Part shown: positions 54,530 through 64,000 of the stretch, in pieces | Layout of the letters: each line of letters begins with the position of its first letter | How positions within the stretch are numbered: the first letter of the stretch is position 1 | Assembly: GCA_025594325.1 (NCBI GenBank) | Contig: JANHCV010000013.1 | Location: 1,302,001-1,366,000, forward strand | Direction of reading: 5' to 3' | DNA from: Blastocladiella emersonii ATCC 22665 | Taxonomy: Eukaryota > Fungi > Blastocladiomycota | Length of the DNA stretch: 64,000 bases | Notes under the pieces: generated by a model | The model's input: the letters and a program-made list of their open reading frames with translations, nothing else | Database searches by the model: none | Told to the model about the DNA's origin: nothing | Position numbers and translations under genes: made by a program

Positions 54530-56880
54530 ATGTCATCAACACTCTCCACCGGCACCGGCACGGGCAGCGGCACCAGCACGCCGCGCGAGCGGAGCGGTAG
54601 CGCCGCGGGGCTCCCCGCGGGGACCGCCGACCCCGAAGCCGCCGTCGACGTCGAGGACGAGGACGCGGGGCCCAAGCTGACGGACGCCGAGGCCGCGCGG
54701 GTCCGCGACCTCGCCGACGTGCCCATCTCGGACCTCGAGGCTCACGACGCCGAGGTCGTTCGCGCGGTATGCGGGGGTTTGCTCGAGCCCGCTCCCCGAC
54801 GCGAGCTGACGTGCGCCGTCCCGCGAGTAGATTGCGCTCTTCTTCGACAACGACTTCAAGGGCGCGCTCGCCGTCATGCAGTCGCAGAGCGACCGCGACG
54901 CGCTGTACGCGCTGGGCGAGGGCACCTTCTCGATGCTCAAGGGTCCGTCCGTCTCCCCTTCCACGCCGCACTCCGTCTCTGACACCCCGATCCGCGCGTC
55001 TAGCCATGACGACCTTCGACCCGGACCACATCGCGACCGCCACCACGCTGCTGCAGCGCGCCGAGGCGCTGGCGAGCACGCAGTACAAGCTGGCCACCCC
55101 GAAAACCAACTCGTTCCGGCTGACCAAGTGGATCCGCGGCGGCGCGTCGTACCTGGCGCAGACCACGGGGCTCGCGGCCGCGCCCAAGCTGACGCCTGGC
55201 CAGCTGCGGTCGACGATCGTGCGCGCCGAGGCCTCGCTCATCTCGTCGTTCCTGTACCTGTTCCAGGAGTCGCTCATGGCCTTCGTCAAGGCCGGACTCG
55301 GTCTCCGCAAGTCGCAGACCAACTATGCACAGGCGTGGCAGACGTACCAGGCGCTCGCGGACGCGGGCGGCGACGCGCAGGTTGCGACGGCGATGGATCA
55401 GCATACCCGCGAGGGGATCCAGTTCGGGTACGCCTGGCACCGTGTGCCGTCTTGGGTCCAGTGCTGACGCGCGCGTGCGTGTGTGTAGCATCGGCGCACT
55501 CAACGTGGTCCTCGCGATCCTGCCGAGCAAGGTCGCTCGCGTGATCTCGATCCTCGTACGCTCGCTCCTTGTCGACCCACTCCGTCACTCCCACTCACCC
55601 TCGTTGCACGACTCCCGCAGGGCTACAAGGGCGACCGTGACCTCGGGTTCGGGCTCATCGAAAAAGCGGCCGCAAGCGACGGCGTGCGCGCGCCCATCGC
55701 CACGCTCTTGTACGCTTCCCCACCTCCCCCCAGCCATCACGCCCCCTCACCCTTCCCTCCCCTCCCCCGCCGTGTAGCATGGGCGGGTACCACGCGGTCC
55801 TGTCCTCGTTCGCGCCGTCGGTCCTGGGCCCCGCGATGCTGCCCGTGGCGGCGCGGCACCTGACGGGCGCGCTGCGCCACTTCCCGCGCTCGCCGTTCCA
55901 CCTGCTCCTGCTCGCGCGCGTAGCGCGGACGGCGCGGGACCTTCCGCGGTCCGACGCGCTACTGCACGCGGCGCAGTCAGCGGCGTCGGGCGCGTGGCCC
56001 GAGCTCGCGCTGCTGGCCATGTACGAGGAGGCGGTCAACGCCATGGCGCAGCTCGACTGGTCGCGCGCCGCGGACCGGTGCGCGCACCTGCGCGCCAACA
56101 CGTACTGGTCGGTCGCCTTCTTCACGTACGCCGAGGCGGCGTGCCGCGCCATGGCGGGCGACGAGGGGCGCGCGAGGGAGCTCATGAAGCTCGCGCCTAC
56201 GTACGTCACGCGCAAGTACGGCGGCAAGGTGATCTCGGTCGAGCAGTGGATTCTCAAGAAGGCCGCCGTGTTTGAGGGACGCGAGAGTATCAGCGAGTAC
56301 CTCCCGGGGTTCGGTGCGTTGCGCCTTCCGTGCTCGCGTCGCTCACGACTCACACTGACGCTTGCGCGCCGGAGTAGAGATCCTGCTGATTTGGAACATG
56401 TTCGCAACAATGCCGCACTCCGCGCTCGTGGCGTGCCGTGACCGCGTGCTCGCGGCGCTCGACCTTCGGCGCGAGGACGAGGTGGACGCGCTGGCCGTAC
56501 TCCACCTGGTCCTCGCGACGGTGGAGCGCGAGCTGGGCAACTGGGAAGCGGCGGGCCGGTCGCTCGAGTACGCGGTGGACGCGGGCGTCGAGGTGGAGAC
56601 GTGGGTGCCGCCGTTTGCGACGTACGCGCGCGCCGTGACGGGGCTCGCCGAGGCGGTGAGCGCGGCGGGCGACGGCGACGACCTGCGCGAGGCGGTGCAG
56701 AAGGCGGACGCGGACGTCAAGCGCGCGGGCAAGGCCAACGACTACTGCTTCGAGTTCCGGCTCGCGTTCCGGATCCACCTCGTCGGCCTGACCTTTGACG
56801 AGTGGCTCGCGCGCGACGGCGGAGTGCCCAGGTCGGTGCTGACGATGCCGACCGCGGCCGAGCTGTTTGGCGACTCGTAG
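54530..56880 (+). CDS. IML2: Iml2/TTC39 family TPR-like protein
   Basis: Six inferred GT-AG introns give IALFFDNDF, IVRAEASLISSFL...QES...FVKAGLGLRKS, GIQFGIGALNVVLAILPSKVARVISILGYKGDRDLG, WSVAFFTYAEA and EILLIWNMF. Confidence 0.82.
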
Positions 56881-56976
56881 GCTGCAATAGAGAACACACC
56901 GTTGTTTGGAATTGAGAGAGAATGGGTACAAAACTGGTTAGGGGACGCGACCACGCGCGCGCGAGCAGTTGATCGA

Positions 56977-58560
56977 TCAGGCCTTGAGGTCGACGCCGTG
57001 CTCGGGCGACGGCTCGAAGCCAAAGACCGAGTCCATGTCCTCGAGCGAGCGGCCCATGGTCTCGGGAACAAAGTAGTGGGCGAAGGCAGCCATGGCGAGC
57101 CCCGTCACGCCAAAGATGGCGTACTGCTGCGGGCCGAGCGCGTCCGAGACGTACGGCCACGTCGCGGCAATGACGTAGTTCCAGGTCCAGTTTGACAGGG
57201 TGGCGAGGCCCGTGCCCTTGCCGCGGATGCGGGCAGGGAACACTTCGGACTGGTACACCCATACAGAGCCCGCCCAGGTGCAAGAGAACGCGAGGACAAA
57301 GAGGTAGAGGAAGAGCAGCGAGAGCGTTGAGTAGGTGCGGGCGGCGGGCGGAAGCTCGGCGTCGACGGGGATGCTGCCGGTGGGGAAGCCGGACGCGGAC
57401 TGGAACAGGTTGACGAAGAGGACGAGGGCCCAGTTGCAGACGGCCATGACGATGCCGCCCCAGGTGAGCAGCTTGACGCGGCCGACGCGCTCGATGAGGT
57501 ACATGCCGGGCAGCGTGCCGAAGACGTTGACGAGGGCCTGGACGACGACGTTGATGGTCGTGGCGGTGGTCTTGTCATTACCGAGGGCGATATAAAACGA
57601 TGCGGAGTAGTACATGACGACGTTGATCCCCGTCCACTGCTGGAAGAACTGGAGGAAGGAGACGATGACGAGCCGGTTCTTGATACCGGGGCGCAGCAGC
57701 TCGCGCCACGAGGCCGACCCGATCTGGCGCTCCGTCTCCAGGGCCTGCTTGTAATCGTGGAACTCTTCCTGGACGGCGGGCGAGCGGGCCTCAGCCTGGC
57801 GCAGCTTGGCGAGGTTGTGGAGGGCCTCGTCCTCGCGGTCGACGGCCATGAGCCAGCGTGGCGACTCGGGGAGGAGGAAGAGCATGAACATGAGGAGGAA
57901 GCCGGGGACGGCCTGGACGCCCAGGGCGATGCGCCACTGGCGGTCGTTGTCGAGCGGCTCGTTCTTGTAGGACTCGATGAGCAGGGCGTTGACCGAGGGG
58001 GCAAAGGCGATGCCGATGGTGATCATGAGCTGCTGGACGGTGGTGAGGCGGCCGCGGATGCGGGTCGGGGCGAGCTCGGCAATGTAGAGGGGCACGGCCA
58101 TGGACAGGATGCCGACGCCGATGCCGGAGAGGAAGCGCCCGGCCATGAACCAGGCGATGCGGGCGTGGACGTGGTCTAGCGGGCCGGCGGGGATGACGGC
58201 CTGCAGGACGGAGCCGATGGTGAAGAAGAGGGCGCCGAGCCACATGGTGCGCTTGCGGCCGGCGCGGTCGGCGACAAAGGAGACGAGGATGGCGCCGGGG
58301 ATGCAGCCGAGCAGGAAGAAGGAGACGAGGCGCGAGATGCGCGCGGTGGCCTCGCCCGTGGTGACGAGGGCGCCGTCGGCGGCGAGGGTGGAGAGGCCGA
58401 AGAAGAGCTTGAAGGGGTCCATCTCGAGGACCGAGTTGATGATGCCAATCTCGTAGCCGAACAGGAAGCCGCCGAGCGAGGCGGTGGCGGAGACGGCCCA
58501 CGTGTACCACGAGGCGGACTGGGCCACGGCCGTCGCGGGCAGGGTGGGCGGCGAGTGCAT
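56977..58560 (-). CDS. MFS sugar porter, intronless diverged paralog of copies A and B
   Basis: ATG at 58560 (MHSPPTLP). Motifs GGFLFGYEIG, DRAGRKR, PESPRWL, QQWTGIN, SEVFPARIRG and VPETMGRSLEDM. Confidence 0.93.
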   Translation of the reverse strand: MHSPPTLPATAVAQSASWYTWAVSATASLGGFLFGYEIGIINSVLEMDPFKLFFGLSTLAADGALVTTGEATARISRLVSFFLLGCIPGAILVSFVADRAGRKRTMWLGALFFTIGSVLQAVIPAGPLDHVHARIAWFMAGRFLSGIGVGILSMAVPLYIAELAPTRIRGRLTTVQQLMITIGIAFAPSVNALLIESYKNEPLDNDRQWRIALGVQAVPGFLLMFMLFLLPESPRWLMAVDREDEALHNLAKLRQAEARSPAVQEEFHDYKQALETERQIGSASWRELLRPGIKNRLVIVSFLQFFQQWTGINVVMYYSASFYIALGNDKTTATTINVVVQALVNVFGTLPGMYLIERVGRVKLLTWGGIVMAVCNWALVLFVNLFQSASGFPTGSIPVDAELPPAARTYSTLSLLFLYLFVLAFSCTWAGSVWVYQSEVFPARIRGKGTGLATLSNWTWNYVIAATWPYVSDALGPQQYAIFGVTGLAMAAFAHYFVPETMGRSLEDMDSVFGFEPSPEHGVDLKA

Positions 58561-58872
58561 GGGGTTAAGTTGGTGCGTAGCAGTTGGGTTGAGGGTGGTG
58601 GTGAGAGAGGGCGAGGGAGGGAGGGCGGGAAGAGGCGAAAAAAGCGGCGCAGCGAGTGGCGCAAGCGACCGGCCGCGACCGGCACGGGTCACGCGGCGCG
58701 AACGTGCGCCAGCGCAGGCCGCGCAGGACGCGTCGCTCGAGGGAAGGAGAGGTGGCCGCGGACACACGTGGGCGAGTCGCGCGGTTCCCGAAAGGGCGCG
58801 CCCCTGTCCCCCTCCTATCATCCCGCCGCGGTCGGTCCCCGCTCTCCCCCTCCCCGCCCACTCATCACAGCT

Positions 58873-61119
58873 ATGGACGACCACGCGCACCACCACCTGC
58901 ACACGCACGCGGCGCACCCGGCGCACCACCCGGCGATGCAGCCGCACCCGCACGCCACGCCGCACCCGGCGACCGCCGGCGGCGTGCTCGCCCCGCCGAA
59001 CTCGGCGCTGCCGCCGCCCACGGTCCACCGCGTCGCCTCGGGCATCCAGCTCTCGGCCCTCACCATGGGCATCCACCGATCCGCGTCGCCGCTGCCGCTG
59101 CCGCACTCGCCGCTCTCGCTCGCCCACCCGTTCCCGCATCAGCACACGCACACGCAGCAGCACCCGCACGCCGGCTCCGCCTCGCCCGCCGCCATGATGT
59201 TCGCCCACTCGCCCGTCGTCGGCCCCATGGGCCCGCTCGCCGACCCGCCCGCCTGGCTCAACTCGCCCCCCTCCTCCTCGGCCGACTCATCAGCTTCCTT
59301 CCGCCGCGCCGACGCCTCCGCCACCGGCCCGCAGCTCGTCGTCTTCATGGTCGGCCTCCCCGCCCGCGGCAAGTCCTACATCTCCAAGAAGCTCACCCGC
59401 TACCTCACCTGGCTCGGCTACTCGACCAGGGTCTTCAACGTCGGCAACCGCCGCCGCGCCGCCGCCGCCGCCGCCTCGGCCGCCAACACACCCGCTCACG
59501 AGGCCCCCGCCGCCGTCCCCGCCGGCGCCGGCACCACCTCCACCTTCTTCGACCCGAGCAACACCCCCGCCGCCTCGCTGCGCGACCAGCTCGCCCTCGA
59601 GGCTCTCGACGAGCTCGTCGCCTGGCTGCGCGCCGGCCGCGGCCGCGTCGCCATCCACGACGCCACCAACTCGACCCAGCTGCGCCGCGACCTGCTCGTC
59701 AACCACCTCAAGCCCCACATGCCGCATATCAAGCTGCTCTTCCTCGAGTCCATCTGCACCGACCAGCGCGTCATCGACGCCAACGTCCGCATGAAGCTCC
59801 AGTCGCCCGACTACCTTGGCATCGACCCCGACACCGCCATCGCCGACTTTACGGCGCGCATGCGCAACTACGAGCGCGCCTACCAGCCCCTCGGCCCGCA
59901 CGAGGACGCCAAGCGCTGGTCCTACATCAAGGTCATCGACGTCGGCAGACAGGTCGTCACCTCCAACCTGCGCGGCTACCTCTCCTCGCAGATCGTCTTC
60001 TACCTCATGAACATCAACATCGAGCACCGCACCATCTGGCTCTCAAGACACGGCGAGTCCGTCTTCAACGTCCAGGGCCGCATCGGCGGCGACGCGCCCC
60101 TGACGGATAACGGCCGACGCTACGCCGCCGCCCTCGCCCGCTTCCTCGCCTCCGTCTACGACGCCGTCCCCGGCCGCCACGCGCCCAAGCTCGAGTCCGA
60201 CGCCGCTGCCGCACTCGGCACACCGACCTCCCCGCTCGTCGCCGCCGCCACCGCCCGCATCGGCCGCGGCGAGCCCGCCCTCCCGCCCGAGGCCTACGAG
60301 TCGGCCCACGACCTCATCCAGCAGCACATCTCGCTCGCCTCGCACGAGCAGCACGACGACGAGGACGACGACGAGTACAGCAGCAGCAGTGGGAGCGGTA
60401 GCGGCTCCGACTCGAGCGACGACGACGACTCGGACCCCGAGGAGCTCAGTCCGACCGACTGCGACGACTGCGCCGCTGCCCACTCGCACCGCCGCCGCCG
60501 CAAGCGCGTCCCCGTGTGGACGTCGACGCTGCGCCGCACCATCGAGACGGCCGCGTACCTGCCGCGCACCGCGCCGCACCTGGTCGGCGTGCGGTCCATG
60601 AAGCTGCTCAACGAGATCCACTCTGGCCAGTTCGAGGGCCTGACGCCCATGGAGATCGAGGCCGGGTGGCCCGGCGAGGTGGCGCGCCGCCAGGCCCACA
60701 AGCTCGCGTACCGGTACCCGGGGCTCGGCGGCGAGTCGTACCTCGACGTGATCGCACGCCTCAAGCCCGTCATCATCGAGACGGAGCGCCTCACCCACGA
60801 CGTGGTCGTCGTCACCCACAACGTCGTCGCCCGCATCATGCTCGCCTACTACCTCGGCGTCGGCTGGGACGAGATGCCGCGCCTCGAGGTCCCGCTCCAC
60901 CACCTCTACGCGCTGCAGCCGCGGCCCTACGGCACCGAGCTCGTCCGCTTCCGCTACGACCCGGACCTCGACGAGATCGTCCGCATCGACGAGCCCGCTG
61001 GCGCCGCCGCTTCCGCCGTCGTCACGCCGCTCATGCGCGGGCTCTCCATCAGCGAGCCGCCCACGCCTATCCACCAGCGCTGCGACCCGCACGCCGCTGC
61101 TGCCCCGCGCTCGAGCTGA
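58873..61119 (+). CDS. Bifunctional 6-phosphofructo-2-kinase/fructose-2,6-bisphosphatase
   Basis: ATG at 58873. Kinase MVGLPARGKSY, FNVGNRRR, DATNST and FLESIC. Phosphatase WLSRHGES, WTSTLRRT, LNEI, YPGLGGESYLD and VVTHNVV. His-rich N-terminus. Confidence 0.93.
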   Translation: MDDHAHHHLHTHAAHPAHHPAMQPHPHATPHPATAGGVLAPPNSALPPPTVHRVASGIQLSALTMGIHRSASPLPLPHSPLSLAHPFPHQHTHTQQHPHAGSASPAAMMFAHSPVVGPMGPLADPPAWLNSPPSSSADSSASFRRADASATGPQLVVFMVGLPARGKSYISKKLTRYLTWLGYSTRVFNVGNRRRAAAAAASAANTPAHEAPAAVPAGAGTTSTFFDPSNTPAASLRDQLALEALDELVAWLRAGRGRVAIHDATNSTQLRRDLLVNHLKPHMPHIKLLFLESICTDQRVIDANVRMKLQSPDYLGIDPDTAIADFTARMRNYERAYQPLGPHEDAKRWSYIKVIDVGRQVVTSNLRGYLSSQIVFYLMNINIEHRTIWLSRHGESVFNVQGRIGGDAPLTDNGRRYAAALARFLASVYDAVPGRHAPKLESDAAAALGTPTSPLVAAATARIGRGEPALPPEAYESAHDLIQQHISLASHEQHDDEDDDEYSSSSGSGSGSDSSDDDDSDPEELSPTDCDDCAAAHSHRRRRKRVPVWTSTLRRTIETAAYLPRTAPHLVGVRSMKLLNEIHSGQFEGLTPMEIEAGWPGEVARRQAHKLAYRYPGLGGESYLDVIARLKPVIIETERLTHDVVVVTHNVVARIMLAYYLGVGWDEMPRLEVPLHHLYALQPRPYGTELVRFRYDPDLDEIVRIDEPAGAAASAVVTPLMRGLSISEPPTPIHQRCDPHAAAAPRSS

Positions 61120-62477
61120 ACCCAACGAGATACCAAACCCAATCCCTACCCGTGTACATATGCATACATCTTACCCGTCCTCCTGCACGCCGATCGACGT
61201 GATTCAAACGAGAGAGAGGGAGCAACGCGCGTTGATGACTGCTCATCGCTGCCGCAGCGCTCGCTCCTTCAGCCGTCCGAGCTCCCGCTCAGGAGGACCA
61301 TGTATTCTTATGGAACTTAATGCATGCTCTTGCTAGACCACAACGTTGCGATCTGCTGCCGTCCAGGCGGTCCCGTGTGTTGGGTTTGACCGAGCCGCGG
61401 AGAGTGCCGCTGCCGGTCGCGGTCTCGCGGCGTCCGATGTGATTCTGCACGAGTGTGCTCCTCGCTGAGGTTGATACTTGCCGCCCATGCTGCACATCGA
61501 CGGCTTGAGCCCGCGCCGCAGTCGTTACTGTGACTGCTGTCTCCCGCGGGTCGCAGGTCGTCGATCTTGACGCCGTCCCTCGCTCGCGGTGCGTTGCGGG
61601 TCGCGCGTGTACTGAGCGACATCCTCCGCGACATCCAATTATCTCTACCACAATAACACGCTTGGCGTTAGTGTTGGTCGCGCGCGAAGCGCAGTGCGTC
61701 GATTTGCTCCACGGCATAGTTCTTGGCAACGCTCCCGCTCACACTCGCACGAATACTCCGGTCCCGGTCCTGTCCCACGACATGGCCGCGCCGCCCGGGT
61801 GCTCTCGCTTCGTCAAGGCTTTCAAGTTCAGACCACCGGCGCAGCGCGCGCGACTGATGCCTTCGCAGCACTCGCGCGGGCGCCGTGAAAAGACGACGCG
61901 CCGCTCACGCGAGTGCTGCGGTTCTGCAACCTGTCGCGCGGCTGCTTCACGGTCTACCTCGAGAGGCGGGATCACGGCAATGCGGCCCGCGCGCGCTGTC
62001 GTTGACGCTGCAAAATCTCTCCCAGGTCGGCTGGCTCTCGTCGATTGCGCTTAGAGTGCGGTGCTGGCGGACCGCACTGCCCGAACAAGCTGGCGCCGCG
62101 GGACCTTGCGACGCGGACGCGCGTAGAGCTGGTCACGGTTTGCTCCCTCGCGCAGAAAGCTGAGTTGCACGGTCGAGTCGGGTGTCATGCTTTTGATTCA
62201 GCCGTAGACTGCTGCTCCTGCTCAAGACCTGCGTTGGCGAGCTTGGCGAGTCGCGCGGCCAGTGGTTGTGCACGCGTGCCCGTTCATGGCCGAGCCTGCT
62301 GAGGGAGAGCATGATACACGTACTTTCGCGGCGACGCCACGGAGAGCATTTGACATAGAATGACGTTTATTGAAATCATCGGCGGCTCAGCGGCGGACAT
62401 AAACGACACGCGCCGATCAGGTTGGCGGTCGGCGGCACGCGTCCGCTCCCCCTAACGCACCAGTGCGCGTCCGTTCT

Positions 62478-63296
62478 CTAGGACCACGCGCCACGCGCGC
62501 TGGTCGACGATGTCCATACCGTAAAGTCGGTGAACCCATCGCACTGGCCGTGGTGCTGCCACTCGTCGACGTTGGGCAGCACGACGAGAGGTTCACCGGG
62601 TGCAGGCGCGGCGGTAGGCGCGGTCCACTCAGTCGTCACGAACTTGGTGAGCTGCGTGATCCCAAGCGCGACCGCGGGGTCCGCAAACTCGAGCCACACG
62701 TCAGCGCGGACGCACGCGGGCGACTCGACCGCCTCGGCGTCTTTGCGGGAGCACTCGTCGGCCTCGTTGGCCAGCGGCGGACGCACGAGGAACTGTCCCA
62801 CCCACACGGGTTTCGCGCCGTGAACCGCGGTACCCCACACCCATACGCGCTCGTTCTCGAGCACAGTGCGCCCGCCGACGACTGCAAGAACACCGCTTGG
62901 CAGCTGCGCGGCGGCCCATGCGCGCGGCGCGAGTCGCAGCGCCAGGTGCCCGTAGCCGAGGTCGCGCGGCACCGACGCGTCCATCCACTCGTTGGTCGCG
63001 ATTGACGCACGCGCGTACCCGGCCGCCCACTTGACCTCGACCACGCCGGCGGCGGCGTTGGGCGCGGGGCCGACCGTGTAGCTGTCCGCGGTGGCGCAGG
63101 ACGCGGCACCCGCGGGTGCGACGGGCAAAGGACGGGAGCTGTCGGCCGAGAGCAGGTCGAACTGCGCGCCCACGATTACCATGTCGGCACCGGCGCCAGC
63201 GCGACCAGGGTCGGCGGACTTGGTGCGGCCAGTGTAGTCGGTGTCGATGAAGACCCACTCTGACGACTCGGGCGGGCAGGTTTGATTGAGATTCAT
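62478..63296 (-). CDS. Hypothetical protein, possibly 5'-truncated
   Basis: Host-like codon usage from about 63280 to the stop at 62478. The first codons abut low-GC island sequence. No domain recognised. Confidence 0.55.
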   Translation of the reverse strand: MNLNQTCPPESSEWVFIDTDYTGRTKSADPGRAGAGADMVIVGAQFDLLSADSSRPLPVAPAGAASCATADSYTVGPAPNAAAGVVEVKWAAGYARASIATNEWMDASVPRDLGYGHLALRLAPRAWAAAQLPSGVLAVVGGRTVLENERVWVWGTAVHGAKPVWVGQFLVRPPLANEADECSRKDAEAVESPACVRADVWLEFADPAVALGITQLTKFVTTEWTAPTAAPAPGEPLVVLPNVDEWQHHGQCDGFTDFTVWTSSTSARGAWS

Positions 63297-63631
63297 GGTG
63301 GCTATCATCAAAGATTTGAGCGTACGAGAGGAGAAAAGAGTCGCCTACTCGACACCTAACCGCGTCAACCAAAGCAGCTGGAACGAGACGTGTCTGGCTG
63401 TCCACTTCGTGTCCTGTTCCTCGCGCGAGTTGAAAGCGATATGGTCTACATACACGGCGGGCAGACGAGTCCGCTCGAGCGGCGCGAGCATCAGGCTGAG
63501 CGTTGCAGCCTCGAAGCAACACCGCATCGCGACAGATTGCAAACCCGACACGGCCGGCGATGGGGTTCCGCCACGCCGTACCCGTATCGGCGAGCATGAC
63601 GGCTTAGCTGAAGCGAAGCTCAGGTTGTCAA

Positions 63632-64000
63632 CCGCGTCCACGGACATGCCGGCGTTAGATCCCACAGCTGCGCTGCGCCGCGCTCGCTCGCTCGCCCAGG
63701 GCGGCCACGTTCGGGGGCGGCCCACACCGAGCCGAGCGAGAGAACTGAAGGTCGGTGCACCCAGCCGCTGCTGCAGCGGGCGCGCCGCGCGAGGAAGAAA
63801 CGAGGGCCAGAAGCCGCGGACACATAAAGTACAAGCCGAGAGAGGTAGCTGTAGCGAGAGACGACGGGCCTGCTGCTAGTCCGCGACGGGGGCGGCGACA
63901 GCAGATGGCGCGCGCGCCGCTCGAGCTCCGACCGTCGTTCCAACTTTGGGGGAAGAAGAGGGCGTGTGCGAGCAGGAGCAGCAGCTCGGCACCAGCTCGG
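63632..64000 (+). repeat. Third copy of the outer end of the IR2 arm, continuing beyond the window
   Basis: 63760-64000 is identical to 22722-22962. 63632-63740 matches the reverse complement of about 40435-40540 with a few differences. Confidence 0.93.

Noticed and set aside
58561-59208. Track ORF 56977-59208 suggesting a 743-aa transporter overlapping the 6PF2K gene
   Set aside because: The extension is the antisense shadow of the His-rich 6PF2K N-terminus. Comparison with the paralog supports a start at 58560.
1-64000. CRISPR array, tRNA, rRNA, snRNA or telomeric repeats
   Set aside because: No regularly spaced repeat-spacer units, cloverleaf or T-loop consensus, or tandem telomere motif was seen by eye. 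A covariance-model scan would be needed to be certain.

Overview
Intron-containing eukaryotic DNA with very high GC in coding regions, short introns, mostly GTACGT donors and CTGAC branch points. The gene set resembles a zoosporic, early-diverging fungus (Blastocladiomycota-like; inference). Recognisable genes are a coiled-coil protein, a GPI-type GH18 chitinase, an RNI-like LRR protein, three sugar-porter copies, a FANCJ/BRIP1-like helicase, an M1 aminopeptidase plus a truncated copy, a Rix1/PELP1-like protein, an AAA+ ATPase, a C2H2 factor, a class C GPCR with an apparent C-terminal PH domain, Iml2/TTC39 and a 6PF2K/FBPase-2. The dominant structural feature is rearrangement. There are two near-perfect multi-kb inverted duplications: 9750-12045/14733-17028 (2296 bp arms) and 22656-29807/33326-40477 (7152 bp arms, one SNP seen). 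A third copy of the second arm's end begins at about 63.6 kb. The junctions abut lower-GC islands carrying orphan, F-box-like or ankyrin-like genes and gene fragments. Identity decays gradually across several junctions. No transposase, recombinase, viral hallmark gene, RNA gene or CRISPR array was recognised. All alignments were made by eye, and mis-assembly has not been excluded.
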